DNA of 64,000 nucleotides from Blastocladiella emersonii ATCC 22665 (lineage: Eukaryota > Fungi > Blastocladiomycota). The translations under genes were made by a program, and so were the position numbers. The DNA is taken from positions 310,001 to 374,000 of the forward strand of contig JANHCV010000005.1 of the NCBI GenBank assembly GCA_025594325.1, read 5' to 3'. Under the pieces are notes generated by a model that was not told the DNA's origin, made no database searches, and saw only the letters and a program-made list of their open reading frames with translations. This document shows, piece after piece, positions 34,340 to 46,053 of the stretch; positions within the stretch are counted from its first letter, which is position 1; every line of letters starts with the position of its first letter.

Positions 34340-37300
34340 TCACGTCGATGCGGACACGGGTGCCGCGCTGCTCGGCGACCCGTTCCCGCCGTTCCACCGT
34401 CCAGCAGCCGACGGCTTAGGCGGGAGCCCCGACCCAGACCCAGGCGTTGGCGCGAGTGCGCCGGGTGCCGCCGTCGCCTCGATCGGCGTGGTGGGCGCCT
34501 CGACGCTCGGGTCGGGCGTCCCCGTGAGCACGCCCCACAGGGCGAGGACGCGGGGCTGGCGCTGGAGGTTCTTGGCCTCGATGAAGGCGAGCAGCTGCTC
34601 GCGGAGGGGCGCGATGCGGTCGAGCACGTCGTTGAGGGCGTCGGGGCTGAGCGTCAGGGCGATGGCCATGGAGCTCGGCAGGGTGGCCTGGAACGCGCGG
34701 ACCCAGCCGGCCCACAGCGGGTGACCCCACACGCCGCGCAGGGCAACGCGGTGGATGACGTGCTTGGCGGGCGTCAGCAGCGCGGCCTTGTGCGCGGCGT
34801 ACGCGTCGAGAACGGTGCGGAACAGCAGCTTGGGCCACGTCGGTTGGTCTGCCATGGCGATCAGCGCCTCGCCGACGATCGCGGGCGTCAGGAGCGTCGC
34901 GTGCTCGAGGCAGACGTGGATCGCTACAAATTCGCTCGCGGGGTCAGTTTCTCAATATCAGCAAGCGTGAGTCGGTGAAACCGCGTACCCTCGATCGTCT
35001 TGCGCACGGTGTCGCCGGCAAACTCGTCGCGGTGCAGCGCGACAAAGAACTCGCGCGGCCGGACCATGGGCTTCTCGCCGCCACTGATGCGGTGGACCGC
35101 CTCCTTGAACACCTTCTTGTTCTGCTCGGACCCGTCGAGCAGGTCAATGAGCTCGCCGAGGTGCGCGATGACGTACGTCTACACGCGAGTGAACCGCGTG
35201 TTAGTCTCGCGAACCCGTACAGCAACGTCCACGAGTCGTACCCGATCCAGCTGCCCAAGCACGGGAAGCAGGAACCGCCCATCGAGCTTACGCACGTCGT
35301 GCAGCTCGCGGACCGCATTCACCAGCACGGGCGGCGGGTAGATGCACTGCGTAAGGACCACGAGGATCCGCAGCGTGAGCGTCTCGGCGCCGGGCGGGAA
35401 CGACGTGAGGACCTCGAGCAGGCCGGGCGGCAGCGTGCCGGGGACCTTCTGGTGCTGCTGCGTGGCCATGGCGCGGACGAGCGGCGCGATGTGCGCGCGG
35501 ACAATGACCTGGACCGCGGGCGACGCCGCGAGCTCGGAGTACGTGTTCAGGACCTCGCCGAGGAGCGCTGGGTCGCGCGCGCACAGGGCAAACAGCTGCT
35601 CGCACTGCGCGAGGACCACCGACTCGAGCTCGACCTGCGCGGCCGACGGCGGCGGGCCCGCTGCGACAGCACCCTCCTCGGGCTCGTCCTCGTCGACGGG
35701 CGCCGCGGCCGCGGCCGCTGCTGCCGCGGCGGCGGCGACACCGGGGGCCGACATGGGCGGTACGGCAGCCGGGGTCGGGAGCGCCATGCTCGCGAGCTTG
35801 CGCATCGACTCGACGGCATGCGCGCGGACGCGGTGGCCGAGCGTCTTGTGTGCCGGGTAATACCGCTTGAGCGCGATGATGGCGGGCGCGCGGTTCGCCT
35901 TGGTGCGGTGCGTAGTGACGGCCTGCAGCGCGACAAACGCCTGTTCGCGGCGCGCGGGCACAAAGTCGACGAGCTCCTTGAGCGTGCGGACCGCGGCGAG
36001 GAACGCAGGACCGGGTGTTTCCGCGACGCACACGGCGCGCAGCCGCGAGACAACGGGGTCGGGCTCGTCCTGGTCCATGTCGGCGCAGGCGGCATCGTCT
36101 TTCACGGGCTCGCACAGGAGCGACGCAGGGAACGGCGGCATGTCGGCGACGAACCGAACGAGCGTCAGGTCCTTACCGTCGCCAAGCGCGGACGTCCCGT
36201 TGAGCACGCGGTCGAGGATCGAGATGTACCACTTGGCCGCAGCCGCACGGTCACGACGCCAATCGCGCAGGATCCACGCGAGCAGCGGCTCGGCGCGGCG
36301 CACAAAGTCGGCGCACGCCCAGTCGGAGAGGCGGTTGCGGAGCTGGCGGCTGCGCTCGCCGTCCGTGTGGTCGAGGAGGTGCATGAGGCCGGCCATGACG
36401 CGGGTCCACAGGCCGCGGCCGCGGTTGGTGCGCAGGGGCTTACGGCCGGGACCCTGTACCACGTCGCCGTCGTCGGCGAGCCGCGCGTCGGCCTCGAGCA
36501 CGCGCAGGAGGAGGTCCCAGTAGTCGGCCTCGGGCGCGTTGGCGGATGTTGACCGCGCGCCCGATGCGGACAGGACGCCGCGCGCCTGGTTCAGCGCGGC
36601 ATCGGCGTCGCCGTCCACGACCATCTCGTCGTCCTCGTCGGCTCCCGTGACGCCATTCGGCAGTGCGGTAGCCGTAGCGGCGGCAACGGGTGGCGGCGTG
36701 TCAGGCTCGGTGAGGACCTGCTCGCGGTACCGGGCAATCGCAAAGTCGATCTGGTCCTGCGGGATGCTGTGGAGCGACTGGACGATCATCTCGACGACGA
36801 TCGGGTGCGGGAGCGCCATGAGGTCAATGGTCTGGCGGATCGCGTTGGCGATGGCGAGCCGCTCCTCGAGCGCGGCCTGGGCGACTGCCGGATCCGTAGC
36901 CGTCGGCGGAGCCACCACGGCGGGAGCCGACGCGGGAGCCGCGGGCGTAGTAGTTGCCGATGCAGCAGAAGCGACATGGGCGAGCTCGTGCCACTTGGCG
37001 CCGAGGACCTCGGACGCAGCGGCGACGCGCGCGGCGGTCTCGTGGTCGAGGTTGGCGGCCGAGATCTTGGTCAGACCGAGCAGCGCCGTCTTGAGGGTGC
37101 GCAGGATCGAGGCGCGGTCGAGGGTGTCGGCACGGCTCTGCGCGGACGGCAGGACGGCGAGCAGGCCGTTGGCGATGGAGGAGGTGAACTGCGGGCGCTC
37201 GCGGGCGAGCTGGACGAGGAGGTTGATGGTCGCGGTTGCGCTCGGGGCCGAACTGTTCCGGGTGCGCGAAGTTAGCGAGTGGAGCCGCGGCAGAACCAAT

Positions 37301-38056
37301 TGAGAGAACGTACGTGGCGGGCGCAGCAGCGAACTGGAGGAGGAACTGCGTGATGGCGGTACCGGCCACAAGCAGCTCCTGCGCGCGGAGGACCGGGTGG
37401 GCGGGCGGCACGCGGGCGAGCGAGACGGGGACCGAGGTCGGGGTGTCGGGCGGGGCGAGCGAGAGCAGCATGGCGAGGACCTGATGCAGCTTGAGGATGG
37501 CGAACTTGACGCCCTCGTTAACGGTGGGCTGGTCGAGCAGCGGGGCGAGCATCTCGCGGATCTGCAGCATCGACTGCCATGTCTGCGCGAACGAGGGGTC
37601 CGCGATTCTATATGTCGTGGTTGAAGGGTCAGCGGCGGGAGCGACCCGAGCGGCAGCGGGGTGAGGAACGCACGTCTTGTCGAAGAACAGGACCGACGCC
37701 TGTGCGACCGCGAGAACAGCGGCCTTGACGACGGCCGGCGCCGCATCGCTGAGCTGCGACGCGAGTCCCTGGACAGCCTGGCACGCGACCGCCGTGCGGG
37801 CGGCGGCGTCGAGGGCGCGGTGGGCGAGCGTGTTGTCGACGAGGGCAATGTACCACGCGCGGATGGTGGGGGCGGGGTCCTGGAGCAGCGGCTGCAGCTG
37901 GGCAACGACGGCGGGCAGCAGCTGCGGGTGAGCGGCAACGAGCGCGGCGCTTACGTCGGCGAGGCGCGCGGCCTTGGCGGTCGCGTCCGGGTCGACGAGC
38001 GCGGCCTGCAGCGAGGCGATCAGTTGCGCGGCATCGGGCGGCGCGGGCGTCGTCAT
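34340..38056 (-). CDS. PTA1: Symplekin/Pta1 (mRNA 3'-end processing scaffold); introns 37608-37673, 37253-37313, 35179-35241, 34924-34988
   Basis: N-terminal helical region (VKFAILKLHQVL) and symplekin C-terminal motifs (LDGRFLLPVL, REFFVALH, LLFRTVLDAY, VWGHPLWAGWVRAF). Four canonical introns restore one frame. Confidence 0.85.
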
Positions 38057-38320
38057 GGTTTCATTTGCGGGCGGTGCCGTGAGGAGCGCGGGCCGGGTCG
38101 AAGGGGAGCGGCGCTTGAGGCAGGGGGCTGCTTGAGGTCGCTGCTGCTTCTGAGGAGTGTCACCTGATCGCTGCTGGACTTCGCGTTGGCTTCGCGATGG
38201 TCGCGCTGCCCTCGTCCGCGGCCGTCCTCGGCCCTGCTCTAGTGCTCACAAATCCTGCCACAACCAAACAGAGAAACAACTGCTAATACATAAGACTATC
38301 ACGCGGTCCAAAACTGTTCC

Positions 38321-40141
38321 TTACTCGGCACCCTCCTCCTCGTCCTCGTCGTCCGCGACGAGGTACTCGAACGCGACGTCCCAGCGCGACCCGGGCGCGA
38401 GGCCCGAGACGTACTTGACGAACCGCATGACGCCGGGGTCGCGGAGGACGAGGTTGAGCACGTTCCACCCGGCGGGGACCGTGAGTAGCGCGCCACCGTC
38501 CTCGTCGTCCTCACTCGCAGCCGCAGCCGCGCGGTACACGGCGGGATCGTCGTTCCCCTCGTCGGGCGCGACGTAACACTCGTACCCGCCGCATGCGCCG
38601 TCCTCCCAATCGCCGTGCGCGGGGGTGAGGGCGAGCGTGGCGTCGAGGACGGCGGACCCGGTGCGGTACGTGGCGAGCGTGTAGTCGAGCCCCGCGCGGA
38701 ACCGGCGGGCGCGGCCGCGCACCTGGGTCGGTTTCGCGCCCGTCACCTGGTACACCCACTTGGCCCACGCCGGGTGCGCGAACAGGGACTCGAGGGACCC
38801 GAGCGTCTTGCGGACCGTCTTGTCCTCGTCCGACGCCTTATCGGCGGCGGCGGCCTCGTCGTGCGCCGCGAGCACCATGTACCGCTGCTTGACGGGGGAC
38901 CCCTGCACCTGCCACCCGGGCCGCACGCCGGCGCCGTGCGCGAGCGGCGCCTTGCCGCCGGCTAGCCCGTCCTGGCGGTCGACGGCGCGCAGCCGCGGGA
39001 GGAGCAGGGTGTCGGCGACCTCGGGCTTGAGGAACGACACGAGCTGGATCGACGAGTTGTCGCTGAAGGCCTCGTTGACCTGGACCAGCGTCGGCGCCGT
39101 CAGGTACTGCGGGTTGATGTACTCGGCGAGGAACTTCAGGTCGGTCTTGGTCAGGTTGAGCGGGTCCGCGTCCGCGCTCTCGCCCTCGGCGGGCTCGGTT
39201 GGGAGGTCGAGCGCGGCAAACGGGAACTCCTGGTCTTGCGCGTGGTCCTCCTCGAGCTGCGCGAGCGACGCGGGGCCGGCCTCTGCCGCCCACTCGGCGC
39301 CGTCCGGGTTGTACCCCTCCTCGCCCTCCTGCGGGATGTGGAACCAGCCCGAGACGCTGAGGCGGTCGCGCGGCACGATCACCTCCTGGACCGAGTGAAA
39401 CGAGTACCCGGGCTGGACCGTGAACATGACAAACTGGTTGAATGCGGGCGGCAGGAGCACGGTCGGGTCCGTGTCGGGGGTGCCGCGGGCGACGCACGGG
39501 TACAGCTCGAGGCCGCCGCCCCACTCGCGGCGCCACGGCGTGTCGGGGTCGGGCAGGTACAGGATGTACGACACGCGGCGGGTGCCGATCACGTCGTCGT
39601 GGTTGAGCAGGTGGCACCCGTCGCGGTACGAGTTGATGCTCATGTCCTGCTTGGACCCGGACAGCGGGCCGCACCCGGTCACGGCCGACACGAAGTCGCG
39701 GAACGACTGCGAGTAGAGCGCGTTGCGCAGCCGGTGCAGGTTGCCGAGCGCCGCGCGCTCCGCCTCGGGCAGGCCGTCGATGTTGGCCAGGTCGCCCGTC
39801 TGGTGCACCTTGTAGATGTCCGTCTCCTTCTCGGTGAAGTGCAGGTTGCCGAGGATCTCGTCGCGCACCGCGCGCAGCAGGGCGTCCTGGCCCAGCGCCG
39901 GCAGGCACGTGTGCAGGTACGGCGCCGACGTCTTGTACGCGGCCGCGAGCTTGGCCACGTTGGCGGGATCGAGCAGGCCGTCGGCAAACGTCGCGCGCAG
40001 CGTCTCCTCGTCGTGGTCGCCGGTGCGCGGCAGCACGGGCGCCGGCGGCGGCGTCACCACGGCGGCCGCGCGCTCGGGCGACGTCTGGCGCGAGCGCTTG
40101 GTGGGGCGGTCGTCGCTCTGCTGCTTCATTTCGGTTGTCAT
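38321..40141 (-). CDS. TPA1: Prolyl 3,4-dihydroxylase Tpa1/Ofd1/OGFOD1
   Basis: FTEKETDIYKVHQTGDL, CHLLNHDDVIGTRRVSYILYL (HxD), YSFHSVQEV, RLSVSGWFH and a C-terminal Ofd1-type domain. Single exon. Confidence 0.95.
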   Translation of the reverse strand: MTTEMKQQSDDRPTKRSRQTSPERAAAVVTPPPAPVLPRTGDHDEETLRATFADGLLDPANVAKLAAAYKTSAPYLHTCLPALGQDALLRAVRDEILGNLHFTEKETDIYKVHQTGDLANIDGLPEAERAALGNLHRLRNALYSQSFRDFVSAVTGCGPLSGSKQDMSINSYRDGCHLLNHDDVIGTRRVSYILYLPDPDTPWRREWGGGLELYPCVARGTPDTDPTVLLPPAFNQFVMFTVQPGYSFHSVQEVIVPRDRLSVSGWFHIPQEGEEGYNPDGAEWAAEAGPASLAQLEEDHAQDQEFPFAALDLPTEPAEGESADADPLNLTKTDLKFLAEYINPQYLTAPTLVQVNEAFSDNSSIQLVSFLKPEVADTLLLPRLRAVDRQDGLAGGKAPLAHGAGVRPGWQVQGSPVKQRYMVLAAHDEAAAADKASDEDKTVRKTLGSLESLFAHPAWAKWVYQVTGAKPTQVRGRARRFRAGLDYTLATYRTGSAVLDATLALTPAHGDWEDGACGGYECYVAPDEGNDDPAVYRAAAAASEDDEDGGALLTVPAGWNVLNLVLRDPGVMRFVKYVSGLAPGSRWDVAFEYLVADDEDEEEGAE

Positions 40142-40411
40142 GATTGCGTTGTGGGAGGGAGAGCGGGAGCTCGAGGGCCGATGGGCGAAAGGCAAACTCA
40201 AGTCGCTCCACCAGATCCCTGGCCGGCCGGCTGGTGATGGCCAGTCGATAAGCAGTGACACACGGTGACGCGCCTTCGAGTGCGTCGGTCGTCCCGTGAC
40301 GCGTTGCTCGTGGCGCGCCGACCCTTCTCGACGCGCCGCGCCGCGCGCCTCACCCTCCCCCTTCTCACCCAGCAACTGCAACGTATCGACACCCGCACCC
40401 GACTCCCTGCA

Positions 40412-41017
40412 ATGACACCGCCCGCGCCCGCCTCGCAGTTCCCCGACGTGCCCGCGTACGCCCACCTGCCGGCGTACGTGGACCTGATCACGCGCATCCG
40501 CCGCGCCGAGAAGTTTGCCGCCGCCGTCTCGGACACGGACCGCGCCCTGTACCGCCAGTTCAAGTTCGGCACCTACACGGAGGCCTCGGCTGCAACGGCG
40601 GCCAAACCGGCGGCGGCGGCGGCTGCGCCGAAGGGTAAGGGGAAGGAGGTCAAGAAGCCCGCAGCAGCGCCAGCAGCAGCAGCAGGGAAGAAGGCGGCGG
40701 CAGCGGCGGCTGAGCCCGCAAAGCCGACGAAGCGGGAACGCAAGGCCAAGGCCGTCGTGAACCCGCTCGACAAGCTGACCGACGACGTATGCCTCTCGCC
40801 GCTCGATCCGTGACACGCGGAAATCCGCGACTCACGCCTGCTCGCTTATGTATAGGTCAAGCTGTCGATGCTCAAGCGTGCGCGCAAGTTCCACCACCAG
40901 ACGGACGAGTCCAAGGCGCTCGAGGCGTGGTACGCGCAAAAGTACCCGACCGCGAGCGACGCGGCGAGTTCTTCCTCCCCTTCCGCTGCCGTGGCCGCCG
41001 AGCCAGCAGCGCCCTAG
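40412..41017 (+). CDS. Hypothetical Lys/Ala-rich protein; exons 40412-40786 and 40856-41017
   Basis: Codon usage like the core genes. GTATG...TAG intron gives an in-frame splice. No family recognised. Confidence 0.65.
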
Positions 41018-41117
41018 ATTCCGTCGGCCCGCCCTCGCCCTCGACTTGAATATATCCTGCTCTCGCTCCCACACGCACACCCGAGACTAGAAACAGTGAC
41101 ATGTACTCGCACCCTCC

Positions 41118-41581
41118 TCAGACAACGATATCGCTCGCCTTGGGCTTATCGTGGCGCAGCACGACGGTCGCGGCCTTGCGCACCTTGTCCCACTGCGCCT
41201 TCGCCTTGAGCGTGTCGGCGTTCACCTCCTTGATCCCCCACATCCAGTTCTGCGCCTTCTCGGCCTTCTTGGCGGCCGCCTTGGACGGCGCGGCCGCGCC
41301 CTTGACGTACTTGATGGCGGGCGGCGCAATGGGCCGCACCACGCCGCGCCGCTTCAGGTCGTGCACAATCGACCGCTTCAGGTACGACTTGGTCGGGATC
41401 GTCGCCGCGTGCGCCGCGTGCAGCGACGTGAACAGCTGCTCGATCGTCTGCGGGCCCTTGGCCTTGAGGAGGTCGACCACTAGACGTTGGGTCGCGCCGC
41501 CAAGTGAGCGGAAGGGCAGGGTGCAGGTGCGATGGGGCGAGCGGCGCCGGATCGCATACCGAGCTTGGATGGGGACGCCAT
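41118..41581 (-). CDS. Small basic hypothetical protein, possibly winged-helix-like; exons 41560-41581 and 41118-41479
   Basis: Spliced product reads MASPSKLVVDLLKAKGPQTIEQLFTSL...IPTKSYLKRSIVHDLKRRGVV. The intron is canonical and 80 nt long. Confidence 0.65.
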
Positions 41582-41909
41582 GGCGAATCAGGTTACGTTG
41601 CAGCAAGTGGGGGTGTGGAATTCGCTATGTCGAGAGCGGTATCCGGGTAGAGTAGAGCGCAAAGCGCGGGCTGAGCCAGAAACATCAAACGGCCCTCTCC
41701 CTGGCCCTCTCCCACTTCAATCGCGCATCACCTGACCGAATCCATCATCATTCCCGACAATACACGGCAGCCGGCGCGAAATAAACGGTGGAGGGCGTAG
41801 ATATTTCCATAATCACAAATGCAATAAGGGGGGCACGAGAGGGGAGGTGGTGGTGGTGGAGGTGCAGCGCCCAGTCCAAAAGTGCAGCACCCGCTGAGCC
41901 ACGTACGCC

Positions 41910-43371
41910 TTAGCGGCGGTCGCGCGAGCGGGAGCGGTCACGGCGGTCGTCGCGGCGGTAGTCACGGCGGTCGCGCGAGCGGTCGCGGCGGTCGTCACGG
42001 CGGTAGTCGTCGCGACGGTAGTCGTCACGGCGCGAGTCGCGGCGGTCGTCGCGGCGGTCGTCACCGCGGCGGTAGTCACGGTCGTCGCGGCCGGGGCGGC
42101 GGGAGCGCATCTCGAGCTCGCCTACGGGTCATGATACGAGTGGTTAGGGGACCATCGGGTGGTGGATCGCGCAAGGACACGAGGCGAGGGACACGTACGA
42201 ACAGAGAGACGGCCGAGGTACTCTCCGGGGGTCTTGGGGCGGGGACGCGTGCGGCGGGACTAGGTGGTCGAGGAGCGGGGGCGGGCGTGGTAGTTGAGCG
42301 TCGACACGGGTGGTAGGACGAGTCGGGGTGCCGAGACGGGCGCGCGAGCGTGGACAAGGGTGAGTCGAGGATCGCGTGCATGGTGATGGTGTCGCGACAG
42401 CGCGGGCTGCCCGCAACCTCGTAGTAGTGGCCGAGGGTGATGATGATGGTGGTCGGCGAGGGGTGGAGTGGAGGGAGGTGGTGTCGCACTCGTCTCGAGA
42501 GCAGCTGCTGCGGTGCACGCCGACGCGAAAACGTGCTTCGGCTGGCCGATGCTCGATCGAGACGCGGAGGGTGGATGATGGTGATAGTAGTGATGGTGGA
42601 GGTGGCGATCATGGAGGTTGCGGCTGTGCGTGACGGTCGAGGTGGCGAGAAGTAGACGAGGTCGGTACCAGCTCAACGATCATGCGGCGGCCGTGGAACT
42701 CCTGGCCGTGCTCGGCGGCGATGGCGCGCTGGGCGTCGTCGGGGTTCATGTAGCGGACGAAGGCGAAGCCGCGGCACTCGTTGAGGTGCGGGTCCTTGAC
42801 GACGCTGATCTCGTCGAGCTAGACGCGGATGCGGGGTGAGTCCATGTGGTCGAGCACGGCGCGGCAGCGAGAGGAAGCGCACCTCGCCGTAGCGGTCAAA
42901 GATGCGGCGCAGCTCGTCCTCGGTGGTGCGGCCGGACAGACCGCGGACGTAGAGCTGGTTGCCGGGGTTGAGGGCCTCGGGGTCGTCCTCGTCGCGGCGG
43001 GCGCGGTCGTGGTCGCGGTCGCGGTCGCCGCCGCGCTCGCTGCGGTCACGGTCACCGCGGTCCTCGCGGTCGCGGTCGACCGAGCGCTCGTTGGAGCGGG
43101 AGCGCTCGCGGTCCCTACGAAGCGCGTGGGGTCGGGGTGATCAGTTGCGGGTCGTCAGGCTGGGAAAGCAGCTGCATCTCCTCACAACCTTTCCCTCAGG
43201 CAAGTCTCTCTCGCTCAGCCAGTTCAAAAACGCGCAATGGTCGAGAGCTGGAGGTCGAGAGGGCCGAGGGGCGGGAAGGCGAGAGCAGCGTGATGAAGGG
43301 ACGGGCACTCACTCGTCACGGCGCGGGGCGCGGTCTTCGTCGTAGCGGGCACGGTCGGGCGAGAGCGACAT
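41910..43371 (-). CDS. SR/Tra2-like single-RRM splicing factor; introns 43115-43312, 42819-42882, 42260-42668, 42122-42198
   Basis: RS/RD repeats flank an RRM (NPGNQLYVRGLSGRTTEDEL; RGFAFV as RNP1). The post-RRM linker PKTPGEYLG is typical of Tra2. Confidence 0.85.
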
Positions 43372-43708
43372 GGTGTCGTGAGTGGTGAGGATGCGCAAGG
43401 AGCGGATGGACTCGTTGCGTTCTCGGAGCCGAGGGAGGGGATCCGACCCGAACGACTTGGCGGCAGCGGCTGCGGCGCGCGGCGCGGACGCACGCGGCCA
43501 CGCACGGCGCACAGGCGGCTGCAGCGACCCGCGAAAACGCGATTCCCACGACGCAAAACCATCACCTGACGAGCCGCGCGCGCCGATGGGAGTGGCAGGC
43601 GCGGTTTGGGTGACATCACACACTGTCTCGCGGCGCGTCGCCGCGAGCCGCGTCTTGAATCCGGCTTCCGGTTGATCCCTCTCCCCCTCTCCCCACCCAC
43701 GCACTGTC

Positions 43709-46013
43709 ATGTATCTCTTTCGCGGCTTTGGCCGAGCCGGTAGCGGCCATGCTACCGCCGCGGGCCGGCTGCTGCCGCGAGCGCCAGGGCCCGCCGCCCG
43801 CACGCCCAGCATCGCCTCCATGCTGCCCGCGCGCGCGTCGAAGCGGTCCCTGACCACGCTTTCGCCGTCGCTGCCGCGCCTCGGATCTCGCTCGTTGGCC
43901 CGATCGGCGACCCTCACCGCCACCGTCGCTCGCGGTGCGGGCACCGCTCCGTGGACCCTAATCGCTACCTTCTCGCTCAACCACCGCGCGCGCCTCGGCC
44001 GCGGGCTAGCCTTTGCCCTGTTCCCGGCCATGTACGCCGACGCCGGCCAGCGCCCGCAGACGCTCGTCTCGCTGTCCGCTGAGCACACGGTCGCGCGCCG
44101 CCCGGCCATCTGGCCCGAGATCGTGCGCCTGCTCAAGGCCGACTGGCCGCTGCTTCTCGCCGTGGTACTGAGCACCGTTGCCGGCGCGCTGGCGAGTCTC
44201 GCGCTGCCGCGTGTCATGGGCCAGCTCGTCACCGTCATCTCCAAAGCACTTCTGCCCTCGGCCACCGCCGCGGCGGGTCCCGTCTCGCTGTGGGTCGCGC
44301 TGCAGCCGCTCAACGCGCCGGCGCGCCGCCTGCTCGCGCTGTTCGCCGTCAAGGGTCTGCTCACGTTCGCGCACATCTCGCTCGTCAGCCAGCTCGGCGA
44401 GAACCTCGCCCACCGCCTGCGCCGCGAGCTGTTCGCGTCGCTCATCAACCAGGAGATGGGCTTCTTTGACGCGAGCCAGTCGAGCGAGCTCGTCGCCCGC
44501 CTCGCCACCGACGTGCAGGAGTTCAAGCACACGTTCAAGCAGTGCGTGACGCAGGGCGTGCGCGCCACCACCGAGGTCACCGGCTCGGTCCTCCACCTGC
44601 TGCACCTGTCGCCGCTGCTCACGGGGACCCTCGCCGCGACCATGCCCGTCCTGTACCTCGTCGGCACCCTGTACGGCGCGTTCCTGCGCCGCGTGTCGCG
44701 CCGCGCCAAGGAGATCGAGGCGCAGTCGCTCGGCGGCGCCGGCGAGGCCCTGAGCAACGTGCGCACCGTCAAGGCGTACGCGGCCGAGGACCGCGAGATC
44801 GCCAAGCTCGATGCCGCCACGGCCCGCTCCGCCCGCCACAACCAGGCCCTCGGCATGCACATTGGCGCGTTCCAGGCCATCACGTCCACGTCCATCGGGT
44901 CCATGATCCTGCTCGTCCTCTACGTCGGCGGCGCCCAGGTCGCCACGGGCGCCATGGAGCCCGGCGACCTCATGACCTACCTCATGGCCACGCAGGCCGC
45001 GCAGCGCAGCCTCGCGTCGCTCGGCGTCCTCGTCGGCCAGTTCATCAAGGCGCAGTCCGCCGCGCAGCGCGTCTTCGAGTTCATCCACCGCACCCCGCGC
45101 ATCCCGTCGCACGTCCCCGGCGCCCGCACGCTGCCGGACCTGCAGGGCGAGATCGAGTTCCGCAATGTGCGGTTCGCGTACCCGACGCGGCCCGACCAGT
45201 ACGTCCTCGACGGCTTCTCCCTGACCATCCCCGCCGGCCAAATCACGGCCATCATTGGGTTGAGCGGGAGCGGCAAGAGCAGCTGCGTCAAACTCGTGGA
45301 GCGGTTCTACGACCCGAAGCGCGGGAGCGTGACCGTGGACGGCGTCGACCTGCGCGACCTCGACCCGCGGTGGTGGCGCGAGCACGTCGGGTACCTCGCG
45401 CAGATGCCGACGCTGTTCAGCGCGTCGATCCGCGACAACATCCGGTACGGCAAGCCCGACGCGACCGACGCCGAGGTCGAGGCCGCCGCGCGCCTCGCGA
45501 ATGCGCACGATTTCATCGCCGGGTTCAAGGACGGTTACGACACGCTCGTCGGGCAGTCGGGCCGGTCCGTGTCTGGCGGCGAGGCCCAGCGGATCGCCCT
45601 CGCCGCGGCGATCCTCAAGAACCCGCGCCTGCTCATCATTGACGAGGGAACGTCGGCGCTCGACCGTACGTTGCTCGGGATCAGCGTGGTTGCCTCGGAT
45701 CTGACGCGGCGTGTCGCCCTGTGTGTAGACAACAGCGAGCGGCTGGTCCAGGAGGCCCTCGACAAGCTGATGAAGGGTCGCACCGTGATCGTCATTGCGC
45801 ACCGCCTGAGCACCGTACGTCTCTCCCACTTCCTCGCTAATCGCGTCGCTGACCCGTCTTTCCGCGCTGTAGATCCAAAACGCGGACATGATCGTGGTCA
45901 TGGGGAAGCCGCACGGCCGGATCCTCGAAAAGGGCACGCACACCGAGCTCATGGCGCGCCGCGGCGTCTACTACCGCCTGCACAATGCGGGCGGCGAGGA
46001 GCTGCTGGGATAG
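43709..46013 (+). CDS. Mitochondrial ABCB half-transporter (Mdl1/Mdl2/ABCB8/ABCB10-like); introns 45666-45728 and 45815-45872
   Basis: Presequence, transmembrane domain, Walker A GLSGSGKS, signature [10 protein letters not shown], Walker [18 protein letters not shown]. Confidence 0.93.
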
Positions 46014-46053
46014 CAAGTAGGCGTGACGCATGTATAGATGACTGAATAGAACT

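Noticed and set aside
41910-42090. Regular short repeats resembling a CRISPR or satellite array
   Set aside because: They encode the RD/RS repeats of the SR protein. There is no repeat-spacer structure, and the DNA is eukaryotic.
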